DNA of 64,000 nucleotides from Thermoanaerobaculia bacterium. Its GTDB lineage: Bacteria > Acidobacteriota > Thermoanaerobaculia > Multivoradales > Multivoraceae. The position numbers and the translations under genes were made by a program. Positions 10,372 through 19,313 of the stretch are shown here, one piece after another (position 1 is the stretch's first letter; each line of letters starts with the position of its first letter). The notes beneath the pieces were generated by a model. That model saw only the letters and a program-made list of their open reading frames with translations. It did not search any database and was not told the origin of the DNA. The stretch covers positions 71,577-135,576 of the forward strand of contig OZ220742.1 of assembly GCA_965116955.1 (NCBI GenBank). The letters run 5' to 3'.

Positions 10372-10736
10372 CCCGAACCAACATCCCGAGCAACATCCCA
10401 AGACAGGTGCTTGCCTTCCAGAGGCAGGTCCTCGAGTTCCAGAGAGCCGCGTTCGAGAACGGCTACGACGCGATCGTCGCCCTCCAGGAACGCCAGCTCG
10501 AACTCGCCGACCGGATGATGAACCAGGTCCCGAACCTCCCCGACGAGGCGCGTGATCTGATCCAGACTTGGCGGGGCGCCGCCCAGGAAGGTCAGCGCCA
10601 GTTCAAGAACACGATCGACGGATCCTTCGATGCCGTCACCACCTACCTCGACCGGCTCGCCGACGGCGCTGCCGGCGACGAGGCAACCGACCCAGCCCCA
10701 CCCAAGCCCCAAGCGCAAGAGGAGACAGCCGAGTGA
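10368..10736 (+). CDS. Phasin-like small amphipathic protein (putative lipid-body/granule-associated)
   Basis: 122-aa helical, Gln/Glu/Ala-rich protein (VLAFQRQVLEFQRAAFENGYDAIVALQERQLELADRMM...). ATG overlaps the stop of WS/DGAT-2 (ATGA). Composition resembles the phasin family. Function inferred from sequence character and context only. Confidence 0.45.
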   Translation: MTRTNIPSNIPRQVLAFQRQVLEFQRAAFENGYDAIVALQERQLELADRMMNQVPNLPDEARDLIQTWRGAAQEGQRQFKNTIDGSFDAVTTYLDRLADGAAGDEATDPAPPKPQAQEETAE

Positions 10737-10741
10737 ACGAC

Positions 10742-11302
10742 ATGGCGACCCAGTACCCGCGGACGGTCCGCCTCAAGAACCAGTCCTTTCAGTTCAGCCT
10801 TCTGAGGCAGGAAGATCGCGACGACGTGCTCTCCTTCGCGCGGGCGCTGCCGGAAGAGGACCTCCGGTTCCTGCGCGTCGACATGACCGATCCGAAGGTC
10901 GTCGACAATTGGGTCGAAGGCGCGATGGCCGGAACCCGCGTCGCCGTGCTCGCTCATTCCGGCGACCGGGTCGTCGGCTACGGCAGCCTGAACCGGCGCG
11001 AGTCGTCCTGGATGAGGCACCTGGGCGAGATCAGGATCATGGTCCTGCCCGAGGTCCGCCAGGCCGGCCTCGGCGGCCAACTGGCGCATGACGTGTTCCA
11101 CCTGGCCCAGCAGATCGGGCTGACCAAGATCATCGCCCAGATGGCCCGCGAGCAGCGCGGCGCCCGTCAGATGTTCCAGAACCTGGGCTTCTCAGTGGAA
11201 GCCCTGCTCGCCGATTGGGTCATCGACCCGAACGACGCCACGCACGACCTGATCCTGATGTCGTACGACGTGACGGGCCTGGAAGCGGGGGCCGGCGCCT
11301 AA
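10742..11302 (+). CDS. GNAT family N-acetyltransferase
   Basis: 186-aa ORF from ATG 10742. Acetyl-CoA-binding motif region (RQAGLGGQLAHDV...) typical of GNAT proteins. Confidence 0.65.
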   Translation: MATQYPRTVRLKNQSFQFSLLRQEDRDDVLSFARALPEEDLRFLRVDMTDPKVVDNWVEGAMAGTRVAVLAHSGDRVVGYGSLNRRESSWMRHLGEIRIMVLPEVRQAGLGGQLAHDVFHLAQQIGLTKIIAQMAREQRGARQMFQNLGFSVEALLADWVIDPNDATHDLILMSYDVTGLEAGAGA

Positions 11303-11318
11303 GACAGCGCTGGCGAGC

Positions 11319-11975
11319 CTACTTGGCTTCGAGTTGCCTCCACCAGTTCGGGCTGGACAGGATCACGCCGTTCGCCTCCGCCAACTCGTTGGCAAGGTCG
11401 AGAGATGCAAACCCCGGATCGGTCGAGATGACGAATCCGTTCGGGATCTCGCCGAGCGGCGAGACGCGGCCGGCCTCGATGCCGTTCTCCGCCAGAAACG
11501 TGTTGACCCGGCTACGCGACCAGCCCCCCTCGACCACCAGGAGAACACCGCCGGGAAGCGCCATGATCGCCCCGGACCGGCTCCGGAACACCGGCCCGAT
11601 ACCGTCGTCCAGGGAGCTGCCGTCACCAGAACGACTCGCGCTGAAGGACGCCTGAATCTCTCGCGCGCGTTCACTTTCAGGGGCTAGCCGCACGATCGAC
11701 CCGAAGCTCGTCTCCACGACTTCCTCGCCGTCCAGGGCGACCTCTCTTCCCGCCAGAACCAATTCGGTGTCCAGGTAGGCCGTGCGAAGCCGGTCGCCGT
11801 CTCGCCACGTGTAGGCGATGCGGCCTTCGCTGGAGTCGGGACTCGGGGGGACCTCCTGCCGAGCCGCCGGAGAATTGCCCGAGAGGCTCTGCGCGGCCGC
11901 ACGACTCGCAGGCAAACATGCCACGCTTGCGCAGGCAATCAGGATCGCGCCCCGTCTTGCCCTACGATTCTTCAT
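11319..11975 (-). CDS. Secreted hypothetical protein
   Basis: Internal start MKNRRARRGAILIACASVACLPASRAAAQS gives a clear signal peptide. No recognisable catalytic motifs. Confidence 0.5.
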   Translation of the reverse strand: MKNRRARRGAILIACASVACLPASRAAAQSLSGNSPAARQEVPPSPDSSEGRIAYTWRDGDRLRTAYLDTELVLAGREVALDGEEVVETSFGSIVRLAPESERAREIQASFSASRSGDGSSLDDGIGPVFRSRSGAIMALPGGVLLVVEGGWSRSRVNTFLAENGIEAGRVSPLGEIPNGFVISTDPGFASLDLANELAEANGVILSSPNWWRQLEAK

Positions 11976-12203
11976 CCCAGCCTCTTCCCGACACCCTGGC
12001 CCGGCTCCTGCACCCACGCAAAGCCCTGTCGAGCTGTCCAGAATCAGCACTGTCCAGAATCAGCATCAGTACTCCATCATCAGGAGAGCCTGCATCGTCA
12101 GCCCAATCGAGACCGGCTCTCTGGCCAAGCCCCGACAGGCTACAAGCAGCGGGAGTCGCGCGTCAATCGGCCGCGCCCGGTACTCCGGGCTTCTTGTGCC
12201 CGG

Positions 12204-12458
12204 TCAGCTTCCACCGGAGCCCGCGCTGCCTTCGCGGTCCCCGGAGACCTTCGGGGCACCGGGCCGGCCGCCAAGGCGAGCCGCGGCGCCCGGGAACCAG
12301 AACCGGAACATCTCCTGCGGGTCCGCGTACTTCAGGTTGGCGACCATGCGGTCGCGAACCTTCTCGAGCATCTCGTTCTGGATTCCGGCGACGTCGGGGA
12401 GGCCGAGAAAGGCGCGCGCCTCTTCGGGCGTACAGTCGATATCGAGTTTGATCTTCAC
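12204..12458 (-). CDS. Small hypothetical protein (84 aa)
   Basis: Codon usage matches the genome. GGGAG Shine-Dalgarno about 5 nt upstream of the ATG. N-terminus MKIKLDIDCTPEEARAFLGLPDVAGIQNEMLEKVRDRMVANL looks like a genuine folded small protein. Overlapping plus-strand ORFs are Arg/Ser-rich artefacts. Confidence 0.45.
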   Translation of the reverse strand: MKIKLDIDCTPEEARAFLGLPDVAGIQNEMLEKVRDRMVANLKYADPQEMFRFWFPGAAARLGGRPGAPKVSGDREGSAGSGGS

Positions 12459-12554
12459 GGGTTCTCCCTTGGTCGCGGTCGTCGACGGTCTTCACTAGCA
12501 TACGTGGATCGGGGCGCTCATCATCGGAGGTTCGACCTCCGGGAAAGGTGAACC

Positions 12555-14351
12555 ATGCCGCCACTTCCGCTCCGCTTGCTCCGCGTCGTCGCGGTCGCGA
12601 TCTGCTGCTTTCCCGCGTTCGCCGGCGGACTTCTCGCTCAATCGACCGCCACTGTCGTTCAGGGCGCCCGTGTGTTCACCGGCGACGAGGTGCTCGACGC
12701 CGCCACCGTGGTGTTCCGCGCCGGCACGATCGAGTCCGTCACACCCGGAACCGGCGTTCCGGAAGGCGCCGGCGACGACGCGACGATCGTCGACGGCGCC
12801 GGCATGACCCTGCTGCCGGGGCTGATCGACAGCCATACCCACAACTTCGGGCCGGCGCTCGAGCAGGCGCTGAACTTCGGCGTCACGACCGTTCTGGACA
12901 TGCTCACCGCGGAGGCCATGGCGGCGCAGTGGCGACGGCAGCAGGCGGCCGGAGCGGTTCCGGGCCGGGCCGACGTCTTCGCCGGCGGTCCCGTAACCGT
13001 CGCGGACGGCCACGGCACGCAGTTCGGCGTCGCGTTGCCTACCCTGGACGACCCGGAACAGACCGAGGCCTTCATCGCCGACCGGGCGGCCGCGGGCGCC
13101 GACTTCATCAAGGTGATCTACGAAGCGGGTTCCGCCGGGCGCCCGCTTCCCACGTTCGCGGTCTCGACCCTGTCCCGGATCGTGGCCGCCGCGCACAGTC
13201 GCGATCTGCTGGCCGTCTTCCACATCAGCACGGCGGAAGCGGCCGGGGAAGTCATCGCCGCGGGCGCCGATGGCCTGGTCCACATGCACTTCGACCGCGC
13301 CGGAGATGGCGAGATCGTCGAAGCGGCCCGCGAGGCGGCGATCTTCCTCGTCCCCACGCTCGCCGTGCTCGAGACGATCGCGGCCACCGGAGGGGGTGCG
13401 GAGCTGGCAGCGGACCCCCTGATCGCTCCCTTCCTCACGCCCGAGCAGCGAGGCGGCCTGGGTCGGAACTTCGGCCGGGAACCGAACCCCGAGTTGATGG
13501 CGAACATCCTGGCCGACGTCGGCGCGCTGCACGCCGCCGGAGTGCCGATCCTGGCCGGCTCGGACGCGCCGAATCCCGGAACGACTCATGGCGCGAGCGT
13601 CCACCGGGAACTCGAACTGCTGGTCCGCGCCGGTCTGACGCCGGTCCAGGCCCTGCGGGCGGCCACCGCCGCGGCCGTCGACGCCTTCGACCTGCGCGAC
13701 CGCGGCCGGATCGCGGCGGGCCTCAAGGCCGATCTGATCCTGGTGCGCGGCGACGCGACCGCGGACGTGGGCGCCACGCGAGACATCGCGGCGATCTGGA
13801 AGGACGGGATCCGCTTCGAACGCCGGATCGCCGAACCCACGACCGGCCGGCCGCGCCTCGAACCCACCCTGCTGAGCGACTTCGAGGATCTGGGCGGAAA
13901 CACCCTGCCCCCCAAGTGGTCGCACTCGACCGACGCTTTCGCCGGCGGCAAGTCGACGGTGACGACCGCCGCGGCGCCACGCGGCGAGGCCGGCAACGCT
14001 CTGCGGATCGAAGGCGAGATCAAGGAGGGCTTCGCCTTCCCGTGGTCAGGGGTCATGTTCCTGCTCGGTGCCCGGTTCAACGACCCGGTCGACGCCGGCG
14101 CTATCCGCGCCCTGGCCTTCGACGCCCGCGGCGAGGGCGCCACCTACCAGGCGATGGCGTTCGCCGAGAGCCTGGGAATGCAGCCGGCAGCCGTCTCCTT
14201 CGAGGCCGGAGAGGACTGGGGCCGGGTCGAGATCCCGCTGTCCTCGTTCAACGGTCTGGACCCCTCGGGCGCCTGGGCCTTCTTCATCGGCGGACCCACG
14301 CCCCTCGGCGCTTTCTGGCTCGAGATCGACAACGTCGAGCTGGTGGAGTAG
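12555..14351 (+). CDS. Secreted amidohydrolase-family metallo-hydrolase with extra C-terminal beta-sandwich domain
   Basis: ATG 12555 preceded by GGAAAGG. Signal peptide MPPLPLRLLRVVAVAICCFPAFAGG. Amidohydrolase motifs: DSHTH metal site, a second His pair (...GLVHMHFD...), and catalytic Asp (GSDAPN). About 180 aa C-terminal extension (..FEDLGGNTLPPKWSHSTDAF...FNGLDPSGAWAFF..) resembling a CIA30/CBM-like domain. Confidence 0.7.
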   Translation: MPPLPLRLLRVVAVAICCFPAFAGGLLAQSTATVVQGARVFTGDEVLDAATVVFRAGTIESVTPGTGVPEGAGDDATIVDGAGMTLLPGLIDSHTHNFGPALEQALNFGVTTVLDMLTAEAMAAQWRRQQAAGAVPGRADVFAGGPVTVADGHGTQFGVALPTLDDPEQTEAFIADRAAAGADFIKVIYEAGSAGRPLPTFAVSTLSRIVAAAHSRDLLAVFHISTAEAAGEVIAAGADGLVHMHFDRAGDGEIVEAAREAAIFLVPTLAVLETIAATGGGAELAADPLIAPFLTPEQRGGLGRNFGREPNPELMANILADVGALHAAGVPILAGSDAPNPGTTHGASVHRELELLVRAGLTPVQALRAATAAAVDAFDLRDRGRIAAGLKADLILVRGDATADVGATRDIAAIWKDGIRFERRIAEPTTGRPRLEPTLLSDFEDLGGNTLPPKWSHSTDAFAGGKSTVTTAAAPRGEAGNALRIEGEIKEGFAFPWSGVMFLLGARFNDPVDAGAIRALAFDARGEGATYQAMAFAESLGMQPAAVSFEAGEDWGRVEIPLSSFNGLDPSGAWAFFIGGPTPLGAFWLEIDNVELVE

Positions 14352-14385
14352 GCGCGGGGAGGTTCGGCGGAGCTACAATCGCCGA

Positions 14386-15606
14386 ATGTCTGAGACGCCT
14401 TCGCCCGACTCCGGTTCGGGCGGCCCGCTTGACGGCATCCGGGTCCTCGACTTCACGAGCTTCATCGCCGGTTCCTACGGCGCCATGCTGCTCGGCGACA
14501 TGGGCGCCGATGTCCTGAAGATCGAATCACCCGGCGGCGACAACGCCCGCCACTGGGGACCCTTCATCGAAGGCGAGAGCCGGATGTTCCAGGCCTGGAA
14601 CCGGAACAAGCGCGGCATCGCGGTCAACCTGAAGACCGAGCAGGGCCGGCAGGTGATCTACGACCTCGCCCGGGATGCCGACGTCGCGATGGAGAACTTC
14701 CGTCCGGGCGTCGCCGCCAGACTCCGTATCGACTACGACACGCTGAGCCGCCACAACCCGGGGCTGGTCTACGCCTCGTCCAGCGCCTTCGGCGGCAGCG
14801 GGCCGTACGCGCAGCGGCCCGGCTACGACCCGGTGCTGCAGTCGATGGCCGGCGCCGCCCACCTGCAGCAACTGATGAACGGCGTCGCCGCCATCTGCCC
14901 GGTAGCGGTTTCCGACTACATGGCCGCCGTGCTCACGGTCTGCTCGATCAACGCCGCCCTCCTCCACCGCGAGCGCACCGGCGTTGGCCAGTACATCGAG
15001 ACCTCTCTGCTGCAGGCGATCATGACCGCCCAGGCGCAGTCCTACCTCCAGCCGCTGGATGCCGAGATCACCGGACCTCCCGGCATCTTTCCCTACCGGA
15101 TGTTCGCCGCCGCCGACGGCCCGATCTTCATCGCCGCCGGCACGGACAAGTTCTGGAAGCTGTTCTGCGAAGCGATCGGCCGGGACGACCTGGCCCAGGA
15201 CTCCCGCTACCAGACGAACCCGCAGCGGGTCGGCAGCGCCGTCGAACTGAGCGCCGAGATCGACCCGATCGTCGCCTCGAGGCCGGCGCGGGAGCTGGAG
15301 GCGGAGCTGGTCGCGGTCGGCGTTCCCTGCGCCGCCGTCCGTTCGGCCGAGGAGTTCTTCGACGATCCGCAGGTCGAGGCGATGGCGATGAGCCAGGTCG
15401 TCCGGCACCCGCAACTCGGCAACCTGCGCATGGCCGGCGTGCCCTGGCGTTTCTCGCAGACGCCGGGGACGATCCGGAGGCCCGCGCCGCGTCTCGGCGA
15501 GCACACGGGCGAAGTGCTCGCGGAGTTGGGCTACGGCGCGGAGCGGATCGCCGGTCTCGAAGCGTCCGGCGCGGTGCGGGCGGCGGACACAGCAGACGCG
15601 CACTGA
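14386..15606 (+). CDS. CoA-transferase family III (CaiB/BaiF-type)
   Basis: 406-aa ORF from ATG 14386. Family-III CoA-transferase signature region (VLDFTSFIAGSYGAMLLGDMGADVLKIESPGGD...). Stop overlaps the next start (TGATG). Confidence 0.8.
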   Translation: MSETPSPDSGSGGPLDGIRVLDFTSFIAGSYGAMLLGDMGADVLKIESPGGDNARHWGPFIEGESRMFQAWNRNKRGIAVNLKTEQGRQVIYDLARDADVAMENFRPGVAARLRIDYDTLSRHNPGLVYASSSAFGGSGPYAQRPGYDPVLQSMAGAAHLQQLMNGVAAICPVAVSDYMAAVLTVCSINAALLHRERTGVGQYIETSLLQAIMTAQAQSYLQPLDAEITGPPGIFPYRMFAAADGPIFIAAGTDKFWKLFCEAIGRDDLAQDSRYQTNPQRVGSAVELSAEIDPIVASRPARELEAELVAVGVPCAAVRSAEEFFDDPQVEAMAMSQVVRHPQLGNLRMAGVPWRFSQTPGTIRRPAPRLGEHTGEVLAELGYGAERIAGLEASGAVRAADTADAH

Positions 15607-17840
15607 TGCCTCAGGTCGTCCTGGTCGGCGCCGGGCACACCCACATCCAGGTGCTCCGGCACTGGATGATGCACCCGGATCCCGCGGTCGAGGCGACCCT
15701 CGTCGTCGACACGCCCATCGCCGTCTACTCCGGCATGGCGCCCGGACTGGTCGCCGGACAGTACGAACGGCATGAACTGGAGATCGACGCCGTGCCGCTG
15801 GCTCGGAGGGCCGGCGTTCGGGTGGTTCTCGCACCCTGCACCGGCGTCGAAGCGGCGAACCGGCGCGTTCTGGTCGAAGGCCGGGAGCCGCTCCCGTTCG
15901 GCGTCGCCTCTTTCGACGTTGGATCGACCGTAGCCGGACTCGAGCTGCCCGGCGTGCGCGAGCACGCGGTTCCCACGCGGCCGATCAACCGGCTGGCCGC
16001 GGCCATCTCCGGCCGCCTCGAGGCCCTGACCAGCCAGCAGCCGAACGTGGTCGTCGTCGGCAGCGGCGCGGGCGGCATCGAACTCGCGTTCTGCATCGAC
16101 GCCCGGCTGCGCGGTCTGGACCTGGAACCCAGGGTCACGATCGTCGAGGCGGGCGACCGCATCCTGCCCGGCTACCACCCGGCGCTGGCGCGGCGCATCG
16201 AGGCGGCGGCACGCGAGCGCGGCCTTCGGACCCTGGTCGACACGACCGTCGCCGCGGTCGAGGAGCACGGCGTACGCCTCGCAGACGGTCGAACGCTCGA
16301 CTCCGACCTGACCTTCTGGGTAACCGGCGCCGCCGCGTTGCCGATCTTCCGGGGCACCGACCTGCCCCTCTGCGATCGCGGCTTCGCCCGCACACGTTCC
16401 ACCTTGCAGGTGGAGGGCCACGACCACATCTTCGCCGTCGGCGACTGCGCGACTTTGATCGACCAGCCGAACCGTCCTCGGGCAGGCGTCTACGCGGTGC
16501 GCATGGGGCCCTACCTGATCGAGAACCTGGAGCGCCTGAACACGGGGCAGCGACTCCGCCGCTACAAGCCGCAGGGCGACTTTCTGGCCCTGCTCAACCT
16601 GGGCGACGGGCGCGCCGCCGGCGCCAAGTGGGGCGCCGCTTTCGACGGTCGATGGGTCATGCGGCTCAAGGACCGGATCGACCGCCGGTTCATGGAACGT
16701 TTCCAGGCGCTCGGCCCGGACGGCGCGACGCTGCCAGCGTTCGGCGTCATGAGCGCAACTCCCGAAGCGCACACGGCGAACGGCGATCCTCCGTCGACCC
16801 CCATGTTCTGCGGCGGTTGCGCGGCGAAAGTAGGACCCGATCGGCTGGGCAGAGCCCTGGCGCGGGCGGGTCTGGAGGCTCGGCCGGACGCAGAAGGCGA
16901 CCAGGTCATTCTGGACACCGGGACGCCGGACGATGCGGTGGCTTACCGGACGCCGGCCGGAGATCGCATCGTCGCCTCGCTGGACGCCTTCCCCGCCTTC
17001 ACCGACGACCCCTGGCTCGTGGGCAAGGTAGCCGCCGTCAACGCCTGCTCCGATCTCCACGCCACCGGGGTAACGCCCCGGTTCGCCCAGGCTCTGGTCA
17101 CACTGCCCCAGACGGCAGACGGCGAGACCGCCGAAGAACTCCTGATCCAGGTCCTGGCGGGCGCCCGTGCGGCGCTCGACCCGGAGGGTGTTCAGCTCCT
17201 GGGCGGCCACACGAACACCGGGCCTGAACTGGTCGTCGGCTTCCACGTCGAGGGTGTGCCGGAAGACGGCCGTGAGCTGCTGCTCAAGAGCCGGGTCCGG
17301 CCCGGCGACGCGCTGGTCCTGACCAAGCCACTCGGCTCCGGCGTACTGCTCGCCGCCGACCGGATGGGGCTCTGTTCCGGTCGCTGGCTGCGGGCCTGCC
17401 TCGCCTCGATGCAGACGAGCAATCGGGGCGCAATGGAGGCGGCGAGGCGGGCTGGCGTGACCGCCGCGACCGACGTCAGCGGCTTCGGCCTGGCCGGCCA
17501 CCTGGGCGAGATGGCGCAGGCGAGCGGCGTGAACGTCGATGTCTTCCTCAGCGCCCTGCCCGCACTACCAGGCGCACTGGAACTGCTGGACCGAGGCGAG
17601 CGCAGCACGAGCCACGATCAGAACACCCGGCTGCCGATCGAGGTCGAGCTGGCGGCCCCGGGAGTGCGGCTGGAGCTGGCCTTCGATCCCCAGACGGCCG
17701 GTGGACTCGTACTGGCGGTCGATTCGAAACAGGCCGATGTCCTCTTGAGCGACCTGAAGGCCCAAGGCCTCCACGCGGCCGCGGTCATCGCGCGCGCGCG
17801 AGCGGCCCGTTCCGGGAACCCGCGCCTGACTCTGACCTGA
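15606..17840 (+). CDS. selD: Bifunctional FAD/NAD(P)-binding pyridine nucleotide-disulfide oxidoreductase :: selenide, water dikinase (SelD) fusion
   Basis: N-terminal ~380 aa: Rossmann GxGxxH (VVLVGAGHTH) and a second dinucleotide motif (VVVVGSGAGGIE) as in NDH-2-like oxidoreductases fused to SelD. C-terminal ~350 aa: SelD/AIR-synthase-like domain with the glycine-rich SelD N-motif CGGCAAK. Cys variant, no in-frame TGA. Confidence 0.8.
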   Translation: MPQVVLVGAGHTHIQVLRHWMMHPDPAVEATLVVDTPIAVYSGMAPGLVAGQYERHELEIDAVPLARRAGVRVVLAPCTGVEAANRRVLVEGREPLPFGVASFDVGSTVAGLELPGVREHAVPTRPINRLAAAISGRLEALTSQQPNVVVVGSGAGGIELAFCIDARLRGLDLEPRVTIVEAGDRILPGYHPALARRIEAAARERGLRTLVDTTVAAVEEHGVRLADGRTLDSDLTFWVTGAAALPIFRGTDLPLCDRGFARTRSTLQVEGHDHIFAVGDCATLIDQPNRPRAGVYAVRMGPYLIENLERLNTGQRLRRYKPQGDFLALLNLGDGRAAGAKWGAAFDGRWVMRLKDRIDRRFMERFQALGPDGATLPAFGVMSATPEAHTANGDPPSTPMFCGGCAAKVGPDRLGRALARAGLEARPDAEGDQVILDTGTPDDAVAYRTPAGDRIVASLDAFPAFTDDPWLVGKVAAVNACSDLHATGVTPRFAQALVTLPQTADGETAEELLIQVLAGARAALDPEGVQLLGGHTNTGPELVVGFHVEGVPEDGRELLLKSRVRPGDALVLTKPLGSGVLLAADRMGLCSGRWLRACLASMQTSNRGAMEAARRAGVTAATDVSGFGLAGHLGEMAQASGVNVDVFLSALPALPGALELLDRGERSTSHDQNTRLPIEVELAAPGVRLELAFDPQTAGGLVLAVDSKQADVLLSDLKAQGLHAAAVIARARAARSGNPRLTLT

Positions 17841-17954
17841 CGGCGCAAGTCGGCGGGCTTCGCCGGACGTTTCCAGGCCGCCTTCGGCGGCAGCGGGTCA
17901 GCACCCGCGTACCGACCGCAAACAGGGCGTAAGTCGTGCTAGGCTGCCTCCCTC

Positions 17955-19097
17955 GTGAACGTCCGCGACAGCGCCTCCGACCGCCCCTCCAGACCTCGCA
18001 AGGCTCCCTCCGGAGCCGTACGCGGCCGCGGCGCCGCCGCCAACCCCCGCAACCGCTTCGAGCGGATCGAGATCGACTTCGAACCGGGAGAGAGCGTCGC
18101 CGAACGCGGCGACGCGCCGCCGACCGAGTTGTTCCGCGACGAGTCCAGAACCATCCTGTCTCGCAACGACTCGCCGGACCTCGGCTTCGAGTACAGCCTG
18201 AACCCCTACCGCGGCTGCGAGCACGGCTGCATCTACTGCTACGCCCGTCCCACCCACGAGTACCTCGGCTTCTCCGCCGGGCTCGACTTCGAGAGCCGGA
18301 TACTCGTCAAGGAGCGTGCGCCGGACCTGCTTCGGAAGGCACTCCTGAGCCCGCGCTGGAAACCCCGGGTCATCGTGCTCTCCGGCGTCACCGACCCGTA
18401 CCAGCCGATCGAACGAAAGCTCCGGATCACGCGGCGCTGTCTGGAGGTGCTTGCCGAGTTCCGCAACCCGGTGGCGATCATCACGAAGAACCACCTCGTG
18501 ACCCGCGACCTCGACCTGCTCGTGGAACTCAATCGCTTCCAGGCCTGCGGCGTCTACCTCTCGATCACGTCGGCCTCCGCCTCGCTGTCGGCGCGGATGG
18601 AACCACGGGCCTCAACGCCTCGGCGTCGCTTCGAGGCGCTGCGTGAACTGAGCGCCGCCGGCATCCCCTGCGGCGTGATGGCCGCGCCGATCATCCCCGG
18701 TCTGAACGACGACCAGATCCCCGCGATCCTGGAGGCAGCGGCCGAAGCAGGGGCGAGGCGAGCGGGTTACATCCTGGTCCGCCTGCCCCACGGCCTTCGG
18801 GAGCTCTTCTCCGACTGGCTTGCGACCCACTTCCCGGATCGCCGTGACCGGGTGCTGAACCGGCTGCGGGAAGCGCGCGACGGCAACCTGAACGACCCCC
18901 GCTTCCACCACCGCATGAAAGGCGGCGGGGAGTACGCGGAACAGATCGGCAGACTGTTCGAGACGGTGCGGCGTCGCGTCGGGCTCGACGGCGGCGGGAA
19001 CGGGCGCACCGGCAGTCCTTCCACGGCGGCGTTCCGGCGCCGCACGGACCAGCGGAGTCTCTTCGACGAAGCGGCCGCCCCGGAAGCCCATCCCTGA
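17955..19097 (+). CDS. Radical SAM protein (PA0069 / SPL-like DNA-repair-photolyase family)
   Basis: GTG start. CxxxCxxC cluster motif CEHGCIYC within the radical SAM core. Overall similarity to the PA0069 family. Confidence 0.7.
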   Translation: MNVRDSASDRPSRPRKAPSGAVRGRGAAANPRNRFERIEIDFEPGESVAERGDAPPTELFRDESRTILSRNDSPDLGFEYSLNPYRGCEHGCIYCYARPTHEYLGFSAGLDFESRILVKERAPDLLRKALLSPRWKPRVIVLSGVTDPYQPIERKLRITRRCLEVLAEFRNPVAIITKNHLVTRDLDLLVELNRFQACGVYLSITSASASLSARMEPRASTPRRRFEALRELSAAGIPCGVMAAPIIPGLNDDQIPAILEAAAEAGARRAGYILVRLPHGLRELFSDWLATHFPDRRDRVLNRLREARDGNLNDPRFHHRMKGGGEYAEQIGRLFETVRRRVGLDGGGNGRTGSPSTAAFRRRTDQRSLFDEAAAPEAHP

Positions 19098-19313
19098 AAC
19101 AAACCGGACCGAATCAGGGCTTGGGCCGGCGGCGACTCGCTGCTACAATCCGCGCTCCGCTGCAGGCGCCAGCCAGCCCCGGCCAGGCGACCAGGGGCAC
19201 GACGCCGGTCGAACCGACCTATCGGGACAAGAGATCGGCCCGGTGCCCGCGCGCGGATCGAGCGGCGCAAGAACCCCAGGACACTCGGCACAGGACATTC
19301 GGAGATACACCAC

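Noticed and set aside
12548-14518. 656-aa plus-strand ORF overlapping the amidohydrolase in another frame
   Set aside because: Extremely Arg/Gly/Pro-rich. The in-frame 12555 ORF has a signal peptide and full amidohydrolase motifs.
17841-17954. Possible intrinsic terminator hairpins after selD fusion (cggcgGGCTTCgccg, gccgccTTCggcggc)
   Set aside because: Short GC stems without a following U-tract. Cannot distinguish a terminator from ordinary GC-rich secondary structure. Not called.
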